Positions 1-10,787 of a stretch of 64,000 nt of DNA are shown here, piece after piece; the first letter of the stretch is position 1; every line of letters starts with the position of its first letter. The translations under genes and the position numbers were made by a program. The notes beneath the pieces are model-generated. The model had not been told where the DNA came from, searched no databases, and saw only the letters and a program-made list of their open reading frames with translations. The stretch lies in contig CAWBMS010000011.1 in NCBI GenBank assembly GCA_963790045.1, positions 260,715-324,714 of the forward strand, written 5' to 3'. This stretch comes from Ignavibacteriota bacterium. GTDB taxonomy: Bacteria; Bacteroidota; Ignavibacteria; UBA10030.

Positions 1-796
1 AGAGATGCTCTTCAATCAAAAGAAATATGATGCTGCGGCTCGCGCATATCGTACGTTTGTGGAAAACTATCCGCATTCGTCATCGGTAGCAAATGCCGAT
101 TATGAAATTGCACGCTGCTATCAAATCGAAGGAAATCCTGACGAAGCAGCTCTGGCATTCGAGCGTGTTGCGTCTATAAAAAATGCACCGGAGAAAATTA
201 TGGTGCAAGCATTGTTGGATGCCTCTGAAATTTATACATCACAAAAGCGTTATGAAAAAGCAACGGCTGTGTTGCGCCATGTCCCATCTTTGACCAAAGA
301 ACCGGAATTGCTTGCTGCGGCACAAGTTCAAACCGGAGAAATTTATCTTGCCAATGGAAATCCGGCAGAAGCCAGTTCACAATTTGAAGCGACGATCAAG
401 CAGTACGGCGAAACCGATGCGGCAGACGGTGCACGTGTGGCACGCGCTCGCATGTATTTTGCCGCCGGCGATTTTCAATCCATTCCACCGTTAGTAGAGC
501 GCGTTGCGACTTCCCGCACGGATGAACTCGGCGCAGAAGCGCAATATCTTGTCGGTGCGGCGTTTGCCGGAAAACAAGATTGGCAAAATGCGATCACGAC
601 ATTGCTGCGAGTACGATATGTCTTCCCGACATACGAGCGATGGATTAGCAGAGCAAATCTTGGATTGGGGGATGCGTATGAACATGTGAGTGATACGGTC
701 CATGCACGTCAATCCTATCAAGCGGTTCTGAAATTGAAAACCGAAAAATCCGTCATCGACGAAGCACGACAACGTTTGAACAAGCTGGGTCAATAG
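1..796 (+). CDS. TPR-repeat envelope protein (CpoB/YbgF- or BamD-like), 5'-truncated by the window edge
   Basis: Repeated TPR-like helices (YPHSSSVANADYEIARCY, AEAQYLVGAAF, ANLGLGDAYE); ORF is open at the window start. Confidence 0.8.
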   Translation, partial: EMLFNQKKYDAAARAYRTFVENYPHSSSVANADYEIARCYQIEGNPDEAALAFERVASIKNAPEKIMVQALLDASEIYTSQKRYEKATAVLRHVPSLTKEPELLAAAQVQTGEIYLANGNPAEASSQFEATIKQYGETDAADGARVARARMYFAAGDFQSIPPLVERVATSRTDELGAEAQYLVGAAFAGKQDWQNAITTLLRVRYVFPTYERWISRANLGLGDAYEHVSDTVHARQSYQAVLKLKTEKSVIDEARQRLNKLGQ

Positions 797-801
797 CAGC
801 G

Positions 802-2469
802 ATGATTCGATGTAAAAATATTTTGTTGTTGCTGCTGGCGGGAACAATGGGGATGGTCGCGCAGGAAAAAGTAAATCCAGAAATGCATTCGCTTGAGGTA
901 ACGGATTCGACATCGGCAGCTGTACAAGAATCAAAACCGCGAGACAAGCGGCCGCTGCCCCAATTTGATTTACCGGAATTCGTGATTACCGGCGTTGCTG
1001 CGACGGATTTACCAAAGTTCGATAAGTTGGCAACGAGTACTGATGCTGCAGAACCATTATGGTCTCAGCATCAAACCATGGTTATACGCGATAATGAAAC
1101 GGTCGATCTTGGTGTAACGAGCCGTGATCTGTTCACACGGACATTGCCGCTCGGCTCGACCGGTATAGCACGATTTTCCACCGGTACGTTTTTTTCAACG
1201 CTAGCCGATGTCCGTTCTGCATACATCCTGCCGGATATGCGTTTTGTCTTCGGAGGAAATTATCATCTTTCAAAAGGATTTGCCGATCACACCGACCAAT
1301 CCGGCGGGGGAATTGATGGAACGATTCACACGACGATTGAACCGGAGATTGCAGTGCTTCGCCACACGGAAGTAGATGGCGGTTTTGGATATCAGTCCGA
1401 AGCATATCACTTCTACGGATCAGATGTTCCAGACCGAGAACGAACAGCTTCGTTGTTTCATTTGGGAACAGAGTTGAGTAACAATGTCGATCCCGATCAT
1501 TTTGTTCTTGCGCATTTGAACTTTTCTACTCTTTCCATCAACGATTCATCGTCAAACACAGAAAATCAACTTCAACTTGGTGCACAAACCACGTTGCGTG
1601 CATGGAATCTTCCCATTGATACGCGAGGCGAACTATCGATTGCATCGCATGGTGTTTCCATTGTTGATTTTTCTGGAAGAGTGAACGATTTAAAACTTTC
1701 TGATGTGTTTTTACAAGCGGCATTCCATGTAACGTGGGCAAAGGGAACGGGACAAAACATTCTTCGTATTAAGCCGCAGCTTTTTGCACGGTATTCACTC
1801 ACGTCTCAGTATAGTTTGTTTGCATCCTACTCGCCCGAAATTGTTCCGATGTCGCTTTCCAATATTCTTGAAACGAATCGATATGTTTCTGCTTTTACGG
1901 CAATACAAAATCAAGACATAACGCATGCCGGAGAACTCGGCGTAGAAGCGCAGTGGACAAATGATATACGCAGCCGTGCTGCATTTCAGGTTCGTTCTGT
2001 CGCAAATTACGGTGTGTTCACTGATTCGGTTACATCAGGTATCTGGAATATCCAATACTCGGGGCGTGCAACTTTTTTCGCTTTCGTGATCGAAACGTTT
2101 GCAACATTGGCGCGAAATGATTATTTTTCTTCAAGCTTGGAATTACAATCTATGCATCATGAGGTCTATGGCAGTCACATTCCTTATGTATCATCGCTGG
2201 AATTCAGCGGATATTATGTGCATGATTTTACGCAGCAACTTTCCGGTATGCTCACTATGCATTGCGTCGGAAAACGTGATGCGGATGTGAATGGAAACAG
2301 TACGTTGCCTGCGTATGTCCTATTTAATTTGCAAGGCCAGTATGCTGCGTTGCGTTGGTTGGATGTGAAATTAGAAATAAAAAATATCACCAATAAAAAA
2401 TATGATGTCTGGCAAGGGTATCAAGAATTTCCGTTTATGTTCCTTGCCGGTTGTGCTGTACAATGGTAA
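802..2469 (+). CDS. Outer-membrane beta-barrel protein, TonB-dependent-receptor-like
   Basis: Signal peptide, LPEFVITG box-like motif, C-terminal LEIKNITNKKY and terminal aromatic residue (VQW). Confidence 0.65.
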   Translation: MIRCKNILLLLLAGTMGMVAQEKVNPEMHSLEVTDSTSAAVQESKPRDKRPLPQFDLPEFVITGVAATDLPKFDKLATSTDAAEPLWSQHQTMVIRDNETVDLGVTSRDLFTRTLPLGSTGIARFSTGTFFSTLADVRSAYILPDMRFVFGGNYHLSKGFADHTDQSGGGIDGTIHTTIEPEIAVLRHTEVDGGFGYQSEAYHFYGSDVPDRERTASLFHLGTELSNNVDPDHFVLAHLNFSTLSINDSSSNTENQLQLGAQTTLRAWNLPIDTRGELSIASHGVSIVDFSGRVNDLKLSDVFLQAAFHVTWAKGTGQNILRIKPQLFARYSLTSQYSLFASYSPEIVPMSLSNILETNRYVSAFTAIQNQDITHAGELGVEAQWTNDIRSRAAFQVRSVANYGVFTDSVTSGIWNIQYSGRATFFAFVIETFATLARNDYFSSSLELQSMHHEVYGSHIPYVSSLEFSGYYVHDFTQQLSGMLTMHCVGKRDADVNGNSTLPAYVLFNLQGQYAALRWLDVKLEIKNITNKKYDVWQGYQEFPFMFLAGCAVQW

Positions 2470-2483
2470 AGGGTAAAAGCAAC

Positions 2484-3251
2484 ATGGAACCCTTAATTGA
2501 AAAACGAATGAACGTCACCAGTTTCCACAACAACAGGAGGAATGATCCAGTGCCAGATTTAAATCTCATCGATGAAGGCGAGTTTGAAGAACCAACGAGC
2601 CATGCTCCAACGCCGCCGATCAAAAAGAAAAAAAGCAGCGGAGGCGGGGGTGGCGGAAGTTCTGCTCTGATTTTTTTATTGATCCTTGTCATTGTTGGTG
2701 CCGGAGTGTACTTCTTGAACAAGCGCGGCATTATCAACGTGACAAAGCTTTGGAAAAAGCATCCGCCTGTTGCGCAAGTACAGGAAGAACCATTGCCGCC
2801 GGAACAATCGGCAGAACAAATGCAGCAGCCCGCAAAATCGGATTCTTCGGAAGTAGCGTTGTTAGAAACTTCGCCGGTCGAAGATTCGTTAAAAGCAGAT
2901 CAAACAACGGAAGCAGCTTTTCAATCTTCGAAGACTCCGGTTTCTGCACCAAAGCAAAAAAAGGCGATAAAAGAAACAAGTTCTGTCTCAAAACAATTGG
3001 ATGAGATGAAGGGCGAGTTCACGGTGCAAGTAATCGCGTATCGCGAAAAAGCGCAAGCCGAAGCAACTGCAAAAAATCTTGAGTATGTCGGGTATCCTTC
3101 CTTTGTGGAAAGAGTACCGATGAAAGGCGGCGATTGGTACACCGTCCGCATTGGGCGATATGCATCGCGTGAAGACGCAAAAGCTGCTGTCAAGTCATTT
3201 GCTGCACAACTGCAAGCGAGTTATGTTATTGATAAGGTGCGTTCGAAGTAA
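2484..3251 (+). CDS. SPOR-domain membrane-anchored protein
   Basis: Single TM segment, low-complexity linker, C-terminal FTVQVIAY...WYTVRIGRY SPOR motif. Confidence 0.85.
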   Translation: MEPLIEKRMNVTSFHNNRRNDPVPDLNLIDEGEFEEPTSHAPTPPIKKKKSSGGGGGGSSALIFLLILVIVGAGVYFLNKRGIINVTKLWKKHPPVAQVQEEPLPPEQSAEQMQQPAKSDSSEVALLETSPVEDSLKADQTTEAAFQSSKTPVSAPKQKKAIKETSSVSKQLDEMKGEFTVQVIAYREKAQAEATAKNLEYVGYPSFVERVPMKGGDWYTVRIGRYASREDAKAAVKSFAAQLQASYVIDKVRSK

Positions 3252-3361
3252 TTGTTGCAATATTTATTGAAGAAAATTTGTGAGACGATGATCGGTGATG
3301 AATCTGTTCAACCGATATTACAAGAGGTAAATGTTCTTTTGAGAATGATGGGGCGTGGCGA

Positions 3362-4309
3362 ATGGAAACGATAAGGGAAATAACGCCGCGATTTGGAAAA
3401 ATTCGATATGGTGCGCCGGAATTACAGCGTGCATATCAAAAATACATGTCGTATGCAATGATGTTGTCGATCATTCTTACGATCCTGTTAGTGAATCTGC
3501 TTCGATTTTTAGTTTCTGAAGAATCTTTCAATCCGAAAATTCCTGCAAAACAAATCCGCATATTTGTCTATTCTGAAATTGAAACGCCGCTGCCGATAGG
3601 CAACGGAAATTTTGGAATGACTGCGTATCCTGTCCTTCAGCAGCAAGAAACTCCTAATGTGTTGGCAGAAGTAGCAATTATTCCTGATCGAACGAAAAAA
3701 CCGGGACGCCGTGTACCGGGGTTGCGACAACTTGCCGGTTCCATCGGCGGCTTGCCTGATGCAATGCCGTCTGATAAATATTCCGATGAACGACAATCGA
3801 TGCGTGATTATTCTGTTGCTAACATTCCAGATGATCGCCATGATATTGCAGGCGGCAGCGGATATTCTGATGATCCGAAACGGAAGGGTGGCGTTCCTGT
3901 GGCAGGAAAAACGGGAGAGCCGCCAAGCGGATTCGATCGTTCCGGCGTCGGAAGCTCATCGAAACCAACAGCCGGCGGAATGCCGTTAGGATATGGAAGC
4001 GGTGTCAATGGTGAAGGCGGCGGTGCGGGATATTCACTACAATGGGGACAAGGATTGGTACGGCGAAAGTTAAGCGGCGCGTTACCGAAATATCCAGCGG
4101 GAGTCAATACAAGCGGACAGGTTCAAATTCTTGCTTTGGTGCAGCCGAATGGAACAGTGAAATCAGTTCAACCAATGCAAAAAGTGAATGCACGGCTTGA
4201 AGAAGCGGCAATGAATGCGGTACGCTATTGGAAGTTTGAATCCTTACCTTCTACGTTGGCACAGGTGGATCAAACGTGTGCGATTACATTTCTGTTCAAG
4301 CTGAAGTAA
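3362..4309 (+). CDS. TonB-family energy transducer
   Basis: N-terminal YGAPELQRAY plus TM helix; C-terminal PKYP...GQVQI..V.PNGTV...AAMNAVRYWKF TonB_C domain. Confidence 0.75.
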   Translation: METIREITPRFGKIRYGAPELQRAYQKYMSYAMMLSIILTILLVNLLRFLVSEESFNPKIPAKQIRIFVYSEIETPLPIGNGNFGMTAYPVLQQQETPNVLAEVAIIPDRTKKPGRRVPGLRQLAGSIGGLPDAMPSDKYSDERQSMRDYSVANIPDDRHDIAGGSGYSDDPKRKGGVPVAGKTGEPPSGFDRSGVGSSSKPTAGGMPLGYGSGVNGEGGGAGYSLQWGQGLVRRKLSGALPKYPAGVNTSGQVQILALVQPNGTVKSVQPMQKVNARLEEAAMNAVRYWKFESLPSTLAQVDQTCAITFLFKLK

Positions 4310-4321
4310 AAGAACAGGATT

Positions 4322-4690
4322 TCAGTTTGTAATCTTCGGAGTTCCTTCAGAAGATGTGGTTTTCTGCTTCTCGGGTAAGAAGAAAAAATAATAAAAAAAT
4401 ACTTCACAGAATGTCAGCAGAAGAAGAGAGAGTGTGTCCTGACGAAATTCTCTAACTTGTATGTAATGCAAAACCGGCTTTGTGTCTGTTAAGTGCCAAT
4501 ACCAATCATGAAACCATTGCATTTTGAACGCTACATCTGTTGCCATATTGGTTAGCACCCATCCCACGGAGAAAACGATTCCGACAAAAGCCATCGCAAG
4601 AAAACGCTCGCCAATGGGTTCATCTTTTTTGGAGAAAAATGCGTACGCAAGAAGAATTCCGTGTAGAAGAAAAATATATGCATCGACCAT
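4322..4690 (-). CDS. Hypothetical membrane protein
   Basis: 122-aa ORF with three hydrophobic segments, co-oriented at the end of the alaS operon. Confidence 0.65.
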   Translation of the reverse strand: MVDAYIFLLHGILLAYAFFSKKDEPIGERFLAMAFVGIVFSVGWVLTNMATDVAFKMQWFHDWYWHLTDTKPVLHYIQVREFRQDTLSLLLLTFCEVFFYYFFFLPEKQKTTSSEGTPKITN

Positions 4691-4711
4691 AATTCGTATC
4701 CTATTGCTTCA

Positions 4712-4868
4712 TTAATACGCATCGTCTCTGAAGAAAACAGCGTGTATTGTTTTCAAAATTATTTTTAAATCGAACACCAAATGAAAATAAAAACGCTGCG
4801 TCAATCGCTATTGCATCAGCGATCAACGTGATTAACGGAATGTAAAAATCTTTACGATGCGTGGACAT
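4712..4868 (-). pseudogene. Internally deleted undecaprenyl-phosphate glycosylphosphotransferase (WcaJ/WbaP-like) remnant
   Basis: ATG at 4868 gives MSTHRKDFYIPLITLIADAIAIDAAFLFSFGVRF; another frame from the same junction gives FDLKIILKTIHAVFFRDDAY*, the typical C-terminus of bacterial sugar transferases. Confidence 0.6.
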
Positions 4869-4874
4869 TCGGAT

Positions 4875-5459
4875 TTAGCCGTACAATTCCTGTTCGACTT
4901 CTTGGAAAATAATGTGGCCGATAGTGATGTGCCCTTCTTGAATGCGCTGCGTATCGATGGAAGGAACAATGATGGCGAGATCGACGAGCGATTTGGATTT
5001 GCCGCCGTCTTTGCCGAGAAAACCGATAGTGACTAATTTTTTTTCACGAGCTTTGACAAATGCATTGTTGATGCTGGCAGAATTACCGCTGGTAGAAATT
5101 CCAATGAGAACATCGCCTTCATTGCCGAGCGCTTCGATGGAGCGCATAAAAACATTGTCGTAACCGAGATCATTTGCACATGCTGTGAGATTCGAAGTAT
5201 CCGTCGTTAAAGCGATGGCAGGAATACCAGGGCGTTTGATAGTAGGATCAAGACGTATGACAAATTCTGTCGCAAGGTGCTGTGCATCGGCAGCGCTGCC
5301 GCCGTTGCCGCAGAGCAAAACTTTTTTCTTATTCTTTAAAGCGGTAATGAGAAGATCGATGGCTTTCGAAATATCTTCCGCACACTGTGAAGCAATGCGC
5401 TGTTTGGTTTCACTGCTCGCGTGCAGCGAGTCTGCAATAAATTGTTGTCGTGATGTCAT
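4875..5459 (-). CDS. gmhA: D-sedoheptulose 7-phosphate isomerase
   Basis: CGNGGSAADAQH, STSGNS and QRIQEGHI motifs. Confidence 0.93.
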   Translation of the reverse strand: MTSRQQFIADSLHASSETKQRIASQCAEDISKAIDLLITALKNKKKVLLCGNGGSAADAQHLATEFVIRLDPTIKRPGIPAIALTTDTSNLTACANDLGYDNVFMRSIEALGNEGDVLIGISTSGNSASINNAFVKAREKKLVTIGFLGKDGGKSKSLVDLAIIVPSIDTQRIQEGHITIGHIIFQEVEQELYG

Positions 5460-6217
5460 ACGATCCTTTTATCATGATGAATTGCATCTGCAAATTCCTT
5501 AAGCATAGATGAATTGCCGTTTTCTTCGATGATTGTTCCTGTAACGATGAACGATGCTCCGGCTTCAACTTTTTTCCGAGCTTCTTCAGGATTACGAATT
5601 CCTCCGCCAACAATGAGCGGCAGGGAACAATACTTCGAAACTTTTTGAATCATAATATCCGGCACAGGATGTTCAGCACCGCTGCCAGCTTCGAGGTATA
5701 AGATTTTCATACCGATCATTTCTGCGGCAAGTGCATGCGCCACAGCGATGTCTGCTTTGTTGCTTGGAATTGGTCGGGTGTTGCTCATAAATTCCACGGA
5801 AGTCGTTTTGCCGCCGTCGATGAGCATATAACCTGTGGAAATTGTTTCCAATCCCATGCGTTTGATGATCGGTGCAGCGATGACATGATTGCCGATAAGA
5901 TTCTCGGGATTGCGTCCGCTGATGAGCAGCAAGAACAACATTGCATCGGCAAACGAAGAAACTTGTGAAACATTCCCCGGGAAAATGACAACAGGAACTT
6001 GCGTGTGCTGTTTGATGAGTTTGATGGTCTCATCGAATTCATTGGAGAATAACAAACTTCCGCCGATGAGAAATGCGTCAACACCCGCTGCGGTTGCCGA
6101 TTGAACAAAATCCGGAATCTGTTGCGGTTTAATTTTATCCGGATCGATGAGGACAAAATATCCCGCACCGCGTTCGGATTTTATTTTGAGCAATCGTTCG
6201 TAGGTATTCATTGGCAT
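5456..6217 (-). CDS. Geranylgeranylglyceryl phosphate synthase family protein (group II, PcrB/GGGPS)
   Basis: LIDPDK, IGGS, ISGRNP, YLEAGSGA and VGGGIR motifs. Confidence 0.9.
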   Translation of the reverse strand: MPMNTYERLLKIKSERGAGYFVLIDPDKIKPQQIPDFVQSATAAGVDAFLIGGSLLFSNEFDETIKLIKQHTQVPVVIFPGNVSQVSSFADAMLFLLLISGRNPENLIGNHVIAAPIIKRMGLETISTGYMLIDGGKTTSVEFMSNTRPIPSNKADIAVAHALAAEMIGMKILYLEAGSGAEHPVPDIMIQKVSKYCSLPLIVGGGIRNPEEARKKVEAGASFIVTGTIIEENGNSSMLKEFADAIHHDKRIV

Positions 6218-9170
6218 TTATTTTTTCAATAGAGATTGAATGATAGAAGGAGCTTGCGCAATCGTATCGTCTAATTTAGAAACATCTTTGCCGCCTGCCG
6301 TGGCAAGGTGCGGTTGTCCGCCGCCGCCGCCGCCGAGAAGTTTTGCCACTGCGCCGACAATTTTTCCTGCTTCTGCTTTTTTACTCTTTACTAAATCGTC
6401 TGTAACGACACACACCAATTGCACTTTGTCTTCGATAACCGTAGCAAGTAATCCGATACCGCTGCCGAGTTTAGAACGAAGCGAATCGCCGAGCGATTTT
6501 AATTCATCGACGGACGATGCGGTAACTTTTGCAGCGACGATTTTCATTCCATTGATTTCTTTTGCTGAAGTAACTAATTCCTCGATGGAACCGGAAAGAG
6601 ATTGCAGACGGATTTTAGAAATTTCTTTTTCGAACGATTTTCTGATATCAATGACTTTTGATGTAAGCTCGGCAAGTTTTTTGTCATTCTCAGACAATTT
6701 TTCAAACGAATCGGAAAGAGTGGTAGAACTATTCGTAGGAATTGGAGGCAATTGTTTTAGCTTGTTAAGATTTCCTTCGATTGCAAGAATCTCTTGTACA
6801 GAAATGAAGGGCGAACCATTCAATTGAATTATTCCGTTGTAGTAATTTCCCAAGTCTTTACACTGTTGTATTGTGCTTTGAAGACGTTGATAAAAATTTT
6901 GTTCTTGTTCTTTATAGAGATCGAGCGCATAAGCTCCCGTGACCGCTTCAATACGTCTTACGCCGCTTGCCACGCTGCCTTCACTGCGGATTTTAAAATA
7001 TTGAATTTCGCCGGTGTTATTTACGTGCGTGCCGCCGCAGAATTCTGTGCTGAAGTCTCCGAACTGAATCACATTGACGCGCTCGCCGTATTTATCTCCA
7101 AAGAACATCAACGCGCCGGTTTTCTTTGCTTCTTCAATCGGAATATTATTTAAATTTTTTGTGCGCGGAATGTTTTCACGAATTTTTTCATTCACAATTT
7201 CTTCGATTTGCTGAACTTGTTCGTCAGTCACTTTCGCGAAGTGTGCAAAATCAAATCGTAAATAATCCGGTGCTACGAACGATCCGGCTTGATGCACGTG
7301 CGTGCCGAGAACTTTTCGTAAAGCTCCGTGCAGTAAATGCGTTGCGGAATGATTGCGCATAATGGCGAGGCGCCGCTCGGTATCAACCTGTGCTTTTACT
7401 TTATCGCCGATCTTTAGATTTCCGCTTTCAATTTTATGTCCGAAGATAGAATCATCCTTTAGTGTATCGACAACTTTTATTTTGCTGCCGTTGGCAATAA
7501 GAACGCCGGTATCACCGATTTGTCCGCCGGATTCCGCATAGAACGGAGTTTTATCTAATACCGCATATCCATCGACAAGATCAACGACGGTTGCATCGGT
7601 TTCAAATGAAGAGTAGCCAAGGAATTCTGTCTTTGGCGCTTTTACGGATTCTGCAGAAAATTTTAATTCTGCATACGCCGTATCTTTTCCCGATGTGCGT
7701 GAACGCTCTTTCTGTTCTTCCATCAATTTATTAAAAGCATCGACGTCAATTTTTAAGCCGCGCTCGCTTTCTATTAATTCGGTAAGATCGAGTGGGAAGC
7801 CGAAGGTGTCATAAAGTTTGAATGCATCAACACCTGGAAATATTGGTGGAGTACCGATTAATTTGGTTAATTCCAAACTCCAACCTTTTTCAGGAAAATC
7901 TGCAATTTTATTAAAAGTATCAAAGGGAATAATAATACGGTGTTTAGTTATTGAATTATCTCGATGAACGGTTTCAAAAATAACGCGATATCCATTTCGT
8001 TCAAGATGTTTTATCTTTGCTTCTCTTTCCATCTCTTCGCAAATTTCTAAACCGCGATCCAATGTTGCGTTGAAACTTTCTTCTTCACCTTTAATTATTT
8101 TTTGAATGTACTCTTGCTGTGTCTTAATTTCGGGGAAGATATAGCTCATCGTTTCGACGAGTGTCGGCACTAATTGATAGATGAACGGATTTTGCATTCC
8201 GAGATTTCTGCCAAACCGTGCAGCGCGACGGAGAATTCTTCGCAGCACATATCCGCGTCCTTCGTTGCCGGGCAACGCGCCATCGCCAATAGCAAATGTC
8301 AACGTGCGGACGTGATCGGCAATCACGCGCATTGCGGTATCGAGTTCCATTTGATGCTGATCGATGCCGGAAAGTTTTCCGTTGTACGGCTGGTTTGTTA
8401 TCTTACTGATTGCCTGAATGATCGGCGTGAAAACATCGGTGTCATAATTTGATGCTTTATTTTGCATCACCGCACACACGCGTTCAAATCCCATTCCTGT
8501 ATCGACATGCTTTGCGGGAAGAGGATTTAATTTCCCGGTTTCATCGCGATTGTATTTGCATGAACACAAGATTCCAGATTTCAATAACATCCGGTGTTCC
8601 GGCATTCACTTGCGAAGCTGTTGCAATTCCGTTTGGAGTTCTATCGATATGAATTTCCGAACACGGGCCGCACGGGCCGGTTTCACCCATCTCCCAAAAA
8701 TTTTCTTTTTCAAATCGTAAAATGTTTGCGGGATTAATATCGGTTACCGTTTTCCATAATTGTTCAGCTTCGTCGTCATCTTTGTAAACGGTTGCCCACA
8801 ATCGTTCTTTGGGAAGTTTCCAGACGTTCGTCAACAAATCCCAAGCCCATGAGATTGCTTCTTTCTTGTAATAATCACCGAACGACCAGTTGCCGAGCAT
8901 TTCAAAAAATGTGTGATGATATGTGTCGCGACCGACTTCTTCCAGATCATTGTGCTTGCCGCTGACACGGATGCACTTTTGTGTATCGGCGGCGCGTGTG
9001 TAGGAACGTTTGCCGGTGTTGAGGAAGACATCTTTAAATTGATTCATTCCCGCATTGGTGAACAGCAATGTGGGATCGTCGTACGGAACGACTGGTGAAC
9101 TTGCAACAATCGTGTGTGCGTGTTCTTCAAAGAATTTTAAAAAGCTGTTTCGTATTTCTTGAGATGTCAT
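6218..9170 (-). CDS. alaS: Alanine--tRNA ligase, apparent +1 frameshift at ~8557
   Basis: [35 protein letters not shown] and GGGGG motifs; WNLVFMQ/YNRD is broken by an extra A (ATG CAA A TAC). Confidence 0.95.
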
Positions 9171-9235
9171 TTTTCGTTTCGTATGAATAGACAATATGAT
9201 GCTGATGCATCACCGTTCCACATCAGGTAAAAAAA

Positions 9236-9514
9236 TTATACTTCAATCTGTGTGTGCAAAGCAATCTCTTCCAGCGTGCCGGAAACTTTCAAACATTCCG
9301 GCATCGCGCCTTCGTACACAGCGGCTTTGCCGGAGTTGTGCACTTCAAATGTCAGCGCTTCCGCTTTTGTTTTATCGCATCCGATTGCTTTGATGATTTG
9401 CTCAATCACTTCATCGAATGTGTGGACTTCATCATTATACAAAATAACGGTTGCCGGCTGCCCGGTCAGGACATCGACATCTTTTTGATCTTGTTGTAAC
9501 GGATTAGAATTCAT
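9236..9514 (-). CDS. clpS: ATP-dependent Clp protease adaptor
   Basis: VILYNDEVHTFDEVI...EVHNSGKA motif. Confidence 0.9.
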   Translation of the reverse strand: MNSNPLQQDQKDVDVLTGQPATVILYNDEVHTFDEVIEQIIKAIGCDKTKAEALTFEVHNSGKAAVYEGAMPECLKVSGTLEEIALHTQIEV

Positions 9515-9737
9515 ACACACATTAAATTTATTTCTTTTCAATAATACTGAAAATTAGGAGGGAATTCAAGGTGGGCTGTGCCTTCCGATACTTGCCTTTG
9601 TTTTCTATCACGCGGACGGAATTGGAAACATACATCGCATCTTTCCAAAATTTATTGATATTCTGGATAGAATCGTCTATACTATAATAATTTCTTTGAT
9701 TTGCTGCCAACCACACGAACACATTGAGGAATGATGA

Positions 9738-10749
9738 ATGATGAATTTTAATGCCCGAGATTGGGTTAGACAAATTCTTGAGTCGAAGAAAAAACATACG
9801 ATGCCGATTATTACCTATCCCGGCCTTCAACTGACAGGCAAAAAAGTGATGGACTTGGTGACCGACGGTAAAGATCAGGCGGAATGTGTAGAGGTACCTC
9901 GCTTCTCGTTTTTCGTCGGTCGCTGGTGTGATGGTGATGGATTTATCCGTAGAAGCAGAAGCGTTTGGTGCGCCGGTAACATTCAGCGACCATGAAATTC
10001 CTATGGTCAGCGGCCGTCATATTCATGATCGCGATAGCATACGCGGATTGGCTGTTCCTGCAGTCGGAAAAGCACGCACGGGCGAATATGTAAAAGCTGC
10101 GGCAATGGCAGCAAAAGCCGTTGTTCATAAACCGGTTTTCGGAGGAATGATCGGGCCGTATTCTTTGGCAGGTCGGCTGTTCGATATGACGGAAATTATG
10201 ATGTTGATCTTGATCGATCCAGATGCGGCACATGCGTTGCTCAAGAAATGTGCAAGTTTTCTTATCGATTATGCATGCGCCTATAAACTCTCCGGTGCAT
10301 CCGGAATCGTCATTGCGGAACCTGCTGCAGGATTGCTTTCGGCAGATTCCTGCATGGAATTTTCTTCCGTCTATATCAAACAAATTGTTGATGCTGTTCA
10401 GGATGAAAAATTTATCGTCATTCTCCATAATTGCGGCAACACGGTTCCTCTAGTACCGGCAATGCTATCGACAGGAAGTATGGGATACCATTTTGGCAAT
10501 GCTGTGGATATGATGGATATTCTACCGCAAATTCCAAAAAATGTGTTGGCATTTGGCAATCTGGATCCTGTTGGAATTTTTAGAATAGCGGATGCTGCAA
10601 CAGTGAAATCAAAAACCAAATTATTACTGGAACGTTGTAACGAATACCACAATTTTGTCATTTCTTCCGGCTGTGATGTTCCTCCTGGTGCGCCGTTAGA
10701 AAATATTGATGCCTTTTACGAAGCCATCAACGAATTTAACAATAGATAA
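9738..10749 (+). CDS. Uroporphyrinogen decarboxylase/MtaA-CmuA methyltransferase family protein, +1 frameshift at ~9897
   Basis: MDLSVEAEAFG, GPYSLA, LHNCG, GNLDP and SSGCDVPP motifs; removing one C gives VEVLASRFSSVAGVMVMD. Confidence 0.85.
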
Positions 10750-10787
10750 TTTTTTTGAAGAAATCGTGATAGAAAATATTCCGAGCC

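Noticed and set aside
7840-8040. Intein in AlaRS
   Set aside because: Too short, with no C-terminal HN-C/S/T splice motif
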